Assembly (NCBI RefSeq): GCF_001194135.2
Contig: NC_068984.1
Span: 69,730,107-69,794,106 of the forward strand
Direction of reading: 5' to 3'
Source: Octopus bimaculoides
Lineage: Eukaryota
Length of the DNA stretch: 64,000 nucleotides
This document shows positions 1-11,690 of this stretch, piece after piece. Under the pieces are notes generated by a model. The model saw only the letters and a program-made list of their open reading frames with translations. It searched no databases and was not told where the DNA came from. A program made the position numbers and the translations under genes. The stretch's first letter is position 1. Each line of letters opens with the position of its first letter.

Positions 1-347
1 TCGTTGCCAGTGCCCCTGAACTGGCTCTTGTGTGGGGTTGTTGTAGGATTTTCGAGCGAGATCGTTGCCGGTGCCCCTGGACTGGCTCTTGTGTGGGTGA
101 CACATGAGGTTTCTCGAGCAAGATGAGCGTGGCCGTTGCCAGTACCACCTGACTGGCCTTCATGCAGGTGACACGTAACAGCACCCACTACACTCTCTGA
201 GTGGTTGGCGTTAGGAAGGGCATCCAGCTGTAGAAACACTGCCAAATCAGATTGGAGCCTGGTGTAGCCATCTGGTTTCACCAGTCCTCAGTCAAATCGT
301 CCAACCCATGCTAGCATGGAAAGCGGACGTTAAACGACGACGACGAC
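1..347 (+). mobile_element. Young RTE-tail-derived repeat (family C), 3' part with ~60-bp tandem units; runs off the window start
   Basis: Ends in ...ggaagggcatccagctgtagaaac...ccaacccatgctagcatggaaagcggacgttaaac(gac)n. Nearly identical to 36215-36393 and, as reverse complement, to 35085-35275. A similar tail terminates the ORF-bearing RTE copies at 1155 and 29383. Confidence 0.85.
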
Positions 348-699
348 ACACATATATAGACATATGTATGTGTGTTTGTGCAAACAGATTCAATTATGGT
401 TCCTTTACATTTACAACTACATATTTAAGTACCAGCTCATTTTCTCTTCATTTCAATATATCAATTATTATATTTGTTTTGACACACTGTAAATGGAAGC
501 TAATTAATCTGAAATTGGCTTCTATCAGTTGATCAACTGAAGAGAAATTAGGTGTTCTATTAACAAAATACTTTTCAAGACTTAGATGTAATATGAATAT
601 ACACATACTTGTGTACGTGTGTGTGGGGGGGTGTATACATTTATGTATATGTATCTGCATGTAAGTGTATGTGCAAGCGCCTGTTTGTAAGTGTGTTCC

Positions 700-870
700 T
701 GTATGTTGGTGTAGCTCTTTAGTAAGAAGTTTATATCCAGCTTCATGAGTTCTTGATTCAGTCCCCTTGCATAGCACCTTGGGCATATCTTCTACTACAG
801 CTCTGGGCCAACTAAAGCCTAGTGGATTTGGTAGATGGAAACTGAAAGAAGCTTATTGTATATATGAGTA
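700..870 (+). mobile_element. Degenerate SINE family A (head and core)
   Basis: gattcagtcccc...gcaccttgggca..tcttctactac...ggatttggtagatggaaactgaaagaagc aligns by eye to the intact copies at 11284 and 22291. Confidence 0.7.
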
Positions 871-1098
871 TATATATGTGTGTGTGCATGAAATATACAC
901 ACATATATATATATACATGTTTTTTTCCTTGTTTTTTCTCTCCTTTTTTCTCTCCTTGTTTCTTTCTGTGTTCCTTTCTGTGGAAGAGCATAGACTTGAA
1001 ACGTTAAAGACTTTTTCACTTCCTGAACGTTAAACTAATACATGTGTTTGTTGTCTACACCACCTGTCTTCGTCTTTTGTTTTTTTTTTGTGAATTCT

Positions 1099-1146
<48 letters not shown>

Positions 1147-1154
1147 ATACATAT

Positions 1155-3275
1155 ATCATCATCATCATCGCCATCATCGTTTAACATCTGCCTTCCATGC
1201 TTGCATGGGTGGGATGGTTTCACAAAAGTCGGCCAGGTTTCACAAGAAGCCTCCACCAGACTTCTGTGACTGTTTTGGCAGGATTTTTACTGCTGGATAC
1301 CCCTCCTAACATCAACCACTTTGGTAGAGTGGACTCAGTGTTTTTTATATGGCACAAGCACAAACAAGGTCAGTAGTGCTTTTTATGTGGCACAAGCACA
1401 GGCGAGGTCAATTTTGGCAAGGTTTTCCCAGCTAGATGTCCTTCCAAACACCAGCCACTTTACAATGTGGACTGGGTGCTTTTAATTGGAACCTGCACTG
1501 ACAGGGTCACCAAGTGCTTGCAAGACACAAAAAAAAAACAAAAAAACTTTTAAAAGGGGAGGTGGCATTGGAGGAGGTGATCTTGTGTTGGATGATGAAA
1601 GCTTATAGTGAGACAGAAACAGGTGTCTTGCTGTAGAGGAAGTACAAGGTTACCTGGCTGAAGGGAGAAAGATCAGGAATGAAGACAGAAACAGGTGTGC
1701 TACCTCAAAGGAAATACATGGTTACCCAACCTGAGTGAAGTGCAGGAGAAGGAGAGAGAGAGAGTGAAAGACAGTAGGATAGAGATGGTGGCAAAATGCT
1801 GGTCATACTCACTAGGAACAGGGATCAGAATATAAATAGGATGGTTGTGTAAAGGAAGAGAGAGATATAGATGGTTGTAAGTGCCAGGGTATACCTTTGA
1901 GGTTCAAATGGCATAACATAAGTGGAAGGATGTTGTGAAGGAAGTGTGAGTAAATGGCAAAAAAACTGGGTACATATAGAGTCAGTGGGGTTACTGGATA
2001 GCAGTGATACAGAGGAACAGGGCTGTAAGGACAGGATTGGGTAGAGTGAGAGGAAAATATAGTGTATGAAGGAGGAAATATGAGAAAGGGAAGCAATGTG
2101 GAGATGTAGATTGGTTTGTTGGAGTAGGGTGAAGGAAAGTTTTCTTGTGTGTGGGTGAATACACAGGTCAGGGGCTAGCAATAATAGAGACAGGGCATGT
2201 GGGTAGAACACACAGGTTTGAGGTAAGTGGAGAGCAATGATACAGTGGCACAGGGCCAAGAGGACAAGATTGGGGAGAGGGAGGTAAACCTAGTGCATGA
2301 AGCAGAATTGTGAGGAAGAGAAGAGATATAGAGATGTAATTTGATTTGTTGTGGTAGAGTGTGTGAGAAGTTCTCTTAAGTGTGGGTGGAACACACAACT
2401 CTTCTAGTACTCGGTTTCACTGACGTCATCGGGTCTTCTCAAGAACGCCATATCGCCAGACATTTTGGTCCATTGTCATTTCCTCTGTGAGGGCCAACTT
2501 CCTGAGATTGGTCCTTATCGCTTCCTCCCACGTCTTCCTGGGTCTACTGCTCCTGCTGGTTCCATTCACTTTCAGTGACTGCACTTCTTTATGCTGCTGT
2601 CATCATTCATATGCATCACATTTCTAAATTAACGTTGTCTTCTCTTTTGAATTCTACACTTGATTCCGTTTATGCCCAACTTTTCTCTCAATACATTTGC
2701 ACTTTGCCGTACATGTGCACTAATGTTGCACATCCAACAGAATGTACTATCTTCGTTTCTCTCCAGTCTATGCATGCCTTTTGCATTCAGAGCCCATGTC
2801 TCACTACCATAGAGTATACCTGTTTGCACACAAGCATCATATAGTCTAGCTTTCACTCTGAGAGAGAGTCCTTTTGTTGCCAACAGAGGTAATAGCTCTC
2901 TGAATTTCCTCCACCCAATTCTTATTCTAGAAACAATACTTTCAGAACATCCTCCACCATTGCTAATTTGGTCACCGAAGTAATAGAAACTATCTACAAC
3001 CTCAAGAGAGGGTCCTGGGCATTTGAGAAAATCTAATTCTCATGTGTTCTTAGTGCTTATTGTTTCTACACATCTTCCACATACAAAGACGACTTTATCT
3101 GTTACTCCAGCTGTGATTCCATTGCACCTTTTATGTGTCCATAATTTACACTGGATGCAGGGAATGGAATTTCTTCCAACTTCTTCCCTACATATTGAAC
3201 AGGGCCATTTACCTGATGGAAAGGGAGTTTTATCTTCTTTCTTACTAACAACAACGTTTGTCTTAGCTAGGTTAA
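1155..3275 (-). mobile_element. 5'-truncated, decayed RTE-clade LINE (end of RT ORF, long purine-rich 3' UTR, (GAT)n tail)
   Basis: Minus ORF 2629-2883 (ATKGLSLRVKARLYDACVQTGILYGSETWAL...RLERNE...WMCNIS...LREKLGI) is a typical RTE post-RT region. The tail at 1155-1320 matches family C. Confidence 0.85.
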
Positions 3276-3283
3276 TTTTAATT

Positions 3284-3322
<39 letters not shown>

Positions 3323-3339
3323 ATATATACACACACACG

Positions 3340-3490
3340 CAGATGTTTATGTTCAGGTAAAAGGTGCTAAGTCATAACTTTTCAACATTAGTGTTGAATA
3401 TCTGCAAGGGTGTGTATTACCACTGTCCTTTCCATAATTTTTATGAACTCAACTGACATGTGCAGCCATTGTAGAAGTGGTTTCACAATT
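3340..3490 (+). mobile_element. Short RT fragment, inverted copy of part of 3900-4050
   Basis: caagggtgtgtattaccactg...atgaactcaactgacatgtgcagccattgtagaagtggtttc aligns with the reverse complement of 3900-4050. Confidence 0.65.
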
Positions 3491-3514
3491 GTTTTATATA
3501 AGATCAATTTATAT

Positions 3515-4370
3515 AGTAAAAATATTTATAGATGTAGGTGAGGATAGGCATGGAAATGAAGTGTAAATCATAAGTTTGGCTTTTTTTACAAACTTCTCTT
3601 TTGAGGGATGTATGCTGAAGCTACACTTGCAAATCCTAGCTTCCAATTCAGCCTCCTGTTTTCCATCACCTAATATACTCAAACTTCTCCATTTGTCACA
3701 GTGATGTTTCACTAACATGCAGTGTGTACTGAGGAGTCTCTCTTGAGAAGAGCAATGTCTCAGTTTTTGCAACTCTAATTCTCATTCTTGCCATGGAGCA
3801 TTTGGCACCAAACTCATTCAATGCATGCAGCGGATGATGAGCCAAGTTGCACTGTGTCACCTGAAAATATTAGCAGACTGATCTTATATTCACTGATTAA
3901 GAAACCACTTCTACAACAGTTGCACATGTCAGTCCAGTTCATATAAATTATGAAAATAAAGTGGCAATACACACTCTTGCTGAAGTTCAATACACACACT
4001 TCGAAAGGTTTTGACTTAGTGCCTTTTTACCTTATCACAAATATCTGGGCATTTGTATAGGGACTTTACTGCAACCAAAAGTTGCCCATTGATCTTATAC
4101 TCTTGTAAATCCCTTTACAGCATGTCCCTCAGCATATTGTTATATGCCTTTTAGAAGTTTCTAAAACAAGTGTACACCTTTTGGCAATATGCCTACGATT
4201 TCTGAAAGACCTTTTGTAGCACAAATATCTAATCCATTGTGCTGCACTCAAGACAGAAGCCATCTTGACCTGAAGATGCTGCATCTTGTGGAGGAATATG
4301 TTTATTTGTGAGATATGATGCTGTAGAAGACCAAACCAATTGTGATGAAACAAGTATTGAAATGATTGCA
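3515..4370 (-). pseudogene. Heavily decayed LINE reverse transcriptase relic (RTE/Expander-like)
   Basis: Manual minus-strand translation across stops and frameshifts gives GF..STMD*IFVLQKVFQKS..KVYTCF..KAY..LQEYKINGQLLVAVKSLY..YKISLLIFSGDTVQL..KTETL..DGKQEAELEARI. This follows the order of RT subdomains. Confidence 0.7.
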
Positions 4371-4379
4371 GTGGTAAAA

Positions 4380-4441
4380 GCTAGTGGTTAAGAGCATGGG
4401 TTACTAACCCCAAAATTCCAAGTTTGATTCCAAGCAGTGAG

Positions 4442-4512
<71 letters not shown>

Positions 4513-4660
4513 TAAACAACATCGGAAAATACCTTAGGAATGAGAGCCCAGGTTCGAAATTTCTCCAAGACACCTGATGAAAGATGGAGGGTATATCAGC
4601 TGAAACGTGTTAACAACAAACAAGATGAGGACAAATATCCGTCAAATGTAAATAATGTAA
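4380..4660 (+). mobile_element. Penelope-type terminal module: tRNA-like head + (AAT)n + degenerate hammerhead-like core
   Basis: TAGTGGTTAAG A-box-like motif at 4382 and GTTTGATTC B-box-like motif; (AAT)n at 4445-4509; CTGATGA at 4574-4580 and GAAAC at 4602-4606. Homologous to 31040-31290 (minus), which is attached to a GIY-YIG ORF. Confidence 0.7.
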
Positions 4661-4749
4661 AAGCTAGGATTTCTATATGTGTATATGTGTGTGTATGCAT
4701 GTGTGCATATCTCACTATAGTGGGATGTGGTTTGATAAGTGAATGTATA

Positions 4750-5400
4750 CGAAGAACCCCATTCATCCTCAAAATCCAAAGAGAATTAGAAAAAGAAAAG
4801 GAATCTACTTTAATCTACCACTAAGCCAAAGAGTTTCCATTAATATAGCTGTCTCCCATTATAAGTTGAAAAGCATTTTCCAAGAACCTTTAAATATCAT
4901 AAACTGTTTAATTCCTATAACATCAAGGTTAGCTACTTAGATAAGAATGCTTCAAATATTACATACTACGATAAATGCAAACACACAGCCACACAAGCTC
5001 CACCTCATATTTAAACCTATAGCTATCAAAATTATTTCAGCTGTCCATTGGGAAGATACTGTATCTCAAAGGCTGTAGTCTAAAGAACCATCCTTACATC
5101 TGATAGCATCACAAGAAATTCAATGGACATGACAGCCAATGACTTTAAGAGAAGATATATGCAACGCATGCTCTCCAAGTGCAGAGCCAAGGAAATATCC
5201 ACCTCCTTGTGTCACTTTATGTAGAGACTCTGGGACTTTCGAAATAACTTCCCAAGCATCAAATGGAATATTCTTTTGAGAGCCTTCCTTACACACAATT
5301 GCGAATTCTTCCATTGTGAGAAATTGTACATCTTCCAACAGTTTGCAGTATCCATCAATAGGAAAAATGTCTTGTTATTGCATCTAGTGACTGATAACTC
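4750..5400 (+). pseudogene. Decayed Penelope-like element C-terminus (linker and GIY-YIG-like endonuclease)
   Basis: Plus-strand pieces RKRKGIYFNLPLSQRVSINIA, HKLHLIF, CPLGRYCISKAVV*RTIL, MTANDFKRRY, STSLCHF, SIKWNILLRA and CEKLYI resemble the PLE endonuclease region. Multiple stops. Confidence 0.65.
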
Positions 5401-5564
5401 AGATATACCACTTTAGGTTTAACTGGCCCATGCTGTCATAAACCACTAGAAACAATTTTGATTTTCTTTTAATTTCATTCTCTTCTGTTTCTGGACATCC
5501 AGTGGGATGGACTCCTACACTTACAAGTAAATAACATGAACCAGGGTCAAGCTGTTCTTGATCC

Positions 5565-5775
5565 TTTCTACTATGGCCCAAGGCCGGAAATTTTGGTGGA
5601 GGGGACTAGTCAATTACATCGGCCCCAGTGCTCAACTGGAACTTATTTTATCGACACTGAAAGTACAAAAGGCAAATTCAACACTGGGGAAATTTGAAGC
5701 CAGAATATAAAGATGGACGAAATGTCGATAAACATTTCACCTGGTGTGCTAAAAATTCTGCCAGCTCACTGCCAT
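5565..5775 (-). mobile_element. SINE family B, degenerate
   Basis: Reverse complement of the ggcagtgagctggcagaa...gttcaaatt...ttgcctttt...gtcgataaataagt..cagtt pattern seen intact at 13515. Confidence 0.75.
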
Positions 5776-7109
5776 AAACTGTTATTTATACTCCGACTGA
5801 GTGCTTTCTTTTATTTGTTAACTACTCATGTGAGTGTGTATGTCTGTGTATGTTTATGTATATATGTGCTTGTGTGCTTGTCTTGGTTTGCATTAGTGCT
5901 CCACAAAAGTTGCTGCAAGCTCTGTTGTTATTGCTACTTCTCTAGTCAACACATTATAAAGTCACTGGGTTTTTGAAGATGTGTGAGAGAAATCTTACTT
6001 AATAAACAGATAAACGTTAGCAACAGGAAAGGAATCCAGCTGTAAAATAATGCCTCAGCAATATATTCCACTAATTTTAGACAACCTGGAAAAATGAACA
6101 TTAACAAATATGCATGTATATGTGTACATTTGTTTGCATATTCTATTTTGAAGACAGAATCTTAATTTAAATGACATGATTTCTTTCTTTCTTTCTTTCT
6201 GTCTTTCTTCATTTGTTCATTTGTTTGTTTGTTTCCTTCTTTCTTTCTTAATCCACACACTTACCAGTAAGTGAGTGGGTTTATGCTATCATCAGTAATT
6301 GTCACCATTTCATGTATTAGTGAAAATTACTTTTCTATGTTGATAGAAACATTGATAGAAACATTCTGTTTTCAAAGTTTCCAGGAGCTGTTAATGTACT
6401 GGAAGTTAGTTTAAGCAAAATGTGTTATGATTACGAACATATTAAGTGAAATTCTTTATTGCCATAATCTATTGCTTTTTGACAAAATATAGGAACACAC
6501 AAACTGACAAACTGACTTTGAATTTTTAGTATGATAAAGACATATAGATAGTGATATATATGCATATGAATAATATGTGTGCATTTATATATATTTTAGA
6601 TGAATACAAAACCAAATAATTCTTGATGAATCATGATAGATGTTCTACCATTCATATCAACCACGAAGAAAAAGTATTAATCTTTAATGTCATATATTTT
6701 GATTTTGAAGACAATAGAATTAATAGATAATATGATTGATATTAATGACCACTGTTATTATTACTTTTACAGGTAATATATATATAAAAAATAAGACATA
6801 AATAGATATAAATGGTTTTCTAAGAAAACACATTCTGTAAATGTTGATTGTGTTGTTTCTATATAGATATGGCATTATTCAAAAGTCAGTTTATACTATT
6901 TTGCTCTTTAGTTTATTGTCAGACTTTTATGTTGCTGCAATGCTTGTGACATTAGTCAGAATTAATAAGAGTATAGAAAACTGGAAGTCAGTGATTTATG
7001 CTTATTGTTGTTATGCTTGAGCTAGATGGTAGATCTCCCCAAAAGAAAAAAGAAAATGCTGTGACTATCCAATCTTTTTTACAATTTGTAACATGCTTGC
7101 TTCGTGCTC

Positions 7110-7330
7110 TTGCTTGATGGGGCTGGGAACATTCCAGGTGAGTGGTTCCAGAGACATCATCATGTGTTCAGCTGACCAGGTTCACTAGTGCTCTCCATCA
7201 CTGGCAGTCCCATGCCAGCCTCTCTGCATGCTCCAAGGTGATGTTGAGCCTCTTGAGATCTTCCCCAATCACATCCAGCCATCTGGTGTGGGGCCTGTCA
7301 TGAGACCTCTTCCAACCTGCAGCTGCTGCA
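7110..7330 (-). mobile_element. RTE-like ORF 3' fragment
   Basis: GWKRSHDRPHTRWLDVIGEDLKRLNITLEHAERLAWDCQ*WRALV matches the GRP..RW.D....D...L....A..R..WR terminal motif of RTE ORFs. Confidence 0.65.
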
Positions 7331-7989
7331 TTGAATGAGAGTAGAGTAAATGATTCCAAAAGGCCCATCTTTTTTAAGATGATCGGGTATGCTTTGGAGA
7401 TGATGTTTTTAGCAGAAATTCCCTCATCAGTGTAATCTTTTATCTGATTATAATGCACAGATGTGATATTAACACTGTGTAATAGTTCTCACAATGTTAA
7501 TCACATCCACAGGAAAGAAACAACAGCATCATTTTTAATGGACACTCAGAGAAAAGAAAAACAAAAAGAGATCAAGTATTCATAGTTGGCTTAATTTACT
7601 ACTTTTGGAATGGACAAGTTTTGAAGAACAATAACCATTATTCCAATAGTAAATATCACAGTGAATGTCACAGCAAAATACGTGGACAAAATATACAAAT
7701 CATTAAAACTGGAAACTGGTTGTTGTTTAGTCCCTGGTTAGTCTGGAATGAGCAAACTTATGACTAGAACTTTTCCAACCAAAACACTCAGTTTATTTAT
7801 TCATTTTTATTCATACAGTGTATGCATAGAACAATATTAAAGAATATATTCTTTCTTTTTTAAGACAGTAAATATATGGTTTAAGAAAGAGTTGCTGCAA
7901 TTCTTCACAGGTTTAGTGAGCACATAGAGGCATAGAAATGTCTCGCTAGCACGTAAGTGAAAATTTGCTTATATATCGATTTCTTATTG

Positions 7990-8457
7990 TAGAGGGAATG
8001 TGCAAAAGAGGTAAACCTAGGAAGTTGTGGGTTAAAGTGGTGAGAAATGATCTTCAGACGTTGGGCCTAACAGAGGAGATGACAAGGGACTGAAACTTCT
8101 GGTGGCTTGCTGTGCTTGAGAAGACATGTCAAGCTAAGTGAAATTGTGATTGTCCTTGCATACAAGCATGTCCCCTATGTCTCTCTTCAGTTGAATGATC
8201 TTAGTCTTGCAGGCTCATGGGTGCTGGTGTCACATAAAACCTACACATGCCAGTGCCAAATGAAAGCACCTGTGCTGATGCTGTGTAAAAGCATTCAGTA
8301 AAATAAATGTAAATGCTCTGAAAAGTGGCTGGCATTAGGAGAAACCATACCAAAAACACACATAGCACCTAGGCAGCTCTTCAGCTGGACAATTCCTGGC
8401 AAACCGTTCAACCAATGCCAGCATGGAAAACAGAATTTAAATAATGATGATGATGGT
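7990..8457 (+). mobile_element. RTE 3' end relic (ORF end, UTR, (GAT)n tail)
   Basis: ggtaaacctaggaag..gatcttcagacgttgggcctaacagaggagatgacaagg..gctgtgcttgagaagac matches the 29917-30111 ORF end. Terminates in atgatgatgatg. Confidence 0.75.
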
Positions 8458-8694
8458 TTTCATTTCATTATTATAAAAGATGAATTTTGTAGTAAATATG
8501 AGAGAAGTACAATAAATATTTCATGTATAATATTCTATTATGTGTAATATACATCTCAAATTTTAGGATTCATGTCTTTTGAAAAACCTATTATATTATG
8601 TGTAACAAGTATGAATGCAGAACTGCTAAAAAGTAGGTAATCTACAATAATCCAAAATATCAGTTTTTAATATTCATTTATATATAAAATCATG

Positions 8695-8850
8695 CAGTTA
8701 TAGCGGTGTGGTTAAGAAATTATTTTTCCAGCCATATGGTTTTGTGTTCAGTTCAACTGTGTGGTACCTTGGATAAGTGTTTTGTACTTAAGTTCTGAGC
8801 CAACCAAAGAAGATAGAAAATGAAAGAAGGCTGTTGTATATGTTTATCTT
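8695..8850 (+). mobile_element. Degenerate SINE family A head
   Basis: gtgtggttaagaa..ccatatggtt..gttcagtt..gtggtaccttggataagtgt aligns to family A. Confidence 0.6.
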
Positions 8851-8856
8851 TCTCTT

Positions 8857-8894
<38 letters not shown>

Positions 8895-11283
8895 ACTCTA
8901 TCTCTCTCTTTGTATTTATCCTTAGTGCAAAAACCCCACAAATCTTGTAAATACAGCTACCCAAAATTTCTTGGTCAAAATAATAATTCATTCCTCTATT
9001 TATTAAGCTGAAAACAAGACTGTTTGTCAGTTATCTTTTGAGCTGATGATGTTTAAACAAGAGATACTGGTAACATTTCTAAGTATTTATGTATGCTAGG
9101 GTGTATTCACATCTTGTCTTGATCTCACATGGTAAAGGTAAATTAGCATCCCCTTCATGTAACTAGCATGGTTCATTTGTAATCTTCCATAAAAAAACAT
9201 GTCTGACCTAGAAGAAATATTATCTTGCTTGGAGAATTGGCAATAGAAAATGCATGAAGTCATAGACAATCTGCCTTGATAAATTGCATCTAACCCATGC
9301 AAGCATGCAAAACTGAATGTTAAACTGATGATGATAATGATGATAATCTTGATATAAAACTTTTTAAATTCTTTAAAACTAATAAAGCTTCCTTACATTA
9401 CAGTGTTATCTTTTCTCCATAAAAGTGGATTGGGAACAAAATATTTGCAGTCTAACACCATATGATAAAGGCACACCTAATTTTAATCTTGCTTTTTATG
9501 AAAACGCATTTATTACACCTGGTGTTTTATGGTATATGAGTGAAAGGTACATATATATTAGCTCCAGAAAAAGGTGACAAATGCATGTAATGCATCATTT
9601 TATGGTGCTAATCTTTCTTTGCAGTTTTACACCATTTTTCCATACTTGTTCAAAGTTGATGATGGATGGATGCCCTTCTTAGCCCTAATCACTCAAGTGT
9701 AATGTAGGAGCAAAATTTGCTTTTTACATTTTTTTTTTTTTTAATTCATTTAGTCAAGAAAACTTATTCAGGTGAAGAGATGATCAATGCTGAAGGGCAC
9801 TACACAGTGAAAGTTGCAAAATTTGAAATAATCACTGTTATTATTGAATTAAAAACCTTTGGAAGTAATCATATCCACCATTTTATGACTTAAACATTTG
9901 GTCACCGTTCCTTTAGAACTAAATAATTGATTAGTAAAATTTGAACCTATGATCCTGTAAAGAGTGATCTGTCTTTATTGATCTATCAGTCATTGTACTT
10001 GCACAAAAATCTTTATTTTTTTTTAATCTATATGTTGTTTATCAGTAATGATACTGATACATGTTTTGTCGCCTTAGCATAAGCAAAAATTGAATTGGGA
10101 TTATTCAAAAATCTTACAAAAAGAAATATAACAAGGTTGATGCATTATGATAAAATTCCTTGTCAATAGAATAGCTGGAATATCTGTTTAAATTTGCTGA
10201 TGTCAGTGATGAATGCAGAATAATATTTGAGAAACAAATATAAATCATTCTGGAGTTCATCCTTGAGCCAGTTACACACCTCTGGTAATCTGTCTCATAC
10301 TTCTGTTATCATGCAACAATTTAACTATGGATTTGCTGCATTAACTTATTCCTGTCACTCCTATAAACTATCTAGGAGGTCTTTGGAAATGGTATGAAGA
10401 CTACTTCTTTTCTCTTATTTTGTAATTAATTGTCACTGAGAGAATTTCCTTGACAAAGAACCTTGGGATTTCCAAAGAATGTTCTAGCTTAATGAGTTAG
10501 AACACTCAACAAACCAGTATAATTTTAAATTATATGCTTGAATATATGTTTTAGAAATGTTTTCCTATCAAATATCCAGGAGATATGTTCTTATCTTCTT
10601 TCTTGTTTAACTATAATAGATGTTAAGTTATGGTAGGGCTGTATTAGCTATTAAAGTACTCATACACTGTGATGTTCACATCTCTTCTCAAAAGAAAAAA
10701 AAAAGAAAGGAAAGAAAATATCAAGCTTATGCAGTTTGAAGAGGTAGTTATTGAGCTTTGAAGCTTTGATGAATTCTAGATAAACTTTTTTTATATGATT
10801 TGAATGTTTCACTGGGAGAGAGATCATCTGGTTTTATATTTTACTGCAGGGCTGTTTTAACAGTATCACAGATCCCTATGCAAAGCAACACAGTAGGGCC
10901 TATAATATTTATTTATTTATTTACAGCAGGTCACACCATGTATAACTTAACATTGGTCTTCTAGTTTTCCTTGATTTTATCAATGTTATGACAGCTTAGA
11001 AAAATCAGAGTAAGTTCTATTTAACCAGGAACAGAAACCTATTGTATCACATCTTTATTTGAAAATTTATCTGAATAAATTGTATTCATGCAAGCCTGTT
11101 GGGTATCGTTAGAACTGTCAATATGGAAGTTTGCTGCTGGAATACACATTGCAGATGTCATTGTAGCATTATAAATAAAATAAAACATTACAGAAGGTGA
11201 TGAGATCTGCATTATGTGAATGAAAATGTGAAATATAAAAAACAAGATTGTTCAACATCCATATATAAATAAAAGTATACATA

Positions 11284-11439
11284 GGCGCAGGAGTGGCTGT
11301 GTGGTAAGTAGCTTGGTTCTGGGTTCAGTCCCACTGCGTGGCATCTTGGGCAAGTGTCTTCTACTATAGCCTCGGGCTGACCAAGGCCTTGTGAGTGGAT
11401 TTGGTGGACAGAAGCTGAAGGAAGCTCGTCGTACATATG

Positions 11440-11472
<33 letters not shown>

Positions 11473-11690
11473 TTGTGGGTCTGTGTTTGTCCCCCTAGCA
11501 TTGCTTGACAGCCGGTGCTGGTGTGTTTATGTCCCCGTAACTTAGCGGTTCGGCAAAGGAGACCGATAGAATAAGTACTAGGCTTACAAAGAATAAGTCC
11601 CGGGGTCGATTTGCTCGACTAAAGGTGGTGCTCCAGCATGGCAGCAATCAAATGACTGAAACAAGTAAAAGAATAAAAGAAAAAGAAAGA
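11284..11690 (+). mobile_element. SINE family A, full length (~400 bp; tRNA-like head, ccttgggcaagtgtctt core, internal (TA)n(TG)n, A-rich tail)
   Basis: Many homologous copies in the window (22291, 32735, 53118 and others). Has A/B-box-like motifs TGGCTGTGTGG and GGTTCAGTCC. The core resembles CORE-type SINEs, but the named octopus family cannot be assigned without a library search. Confidence 0.9.
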
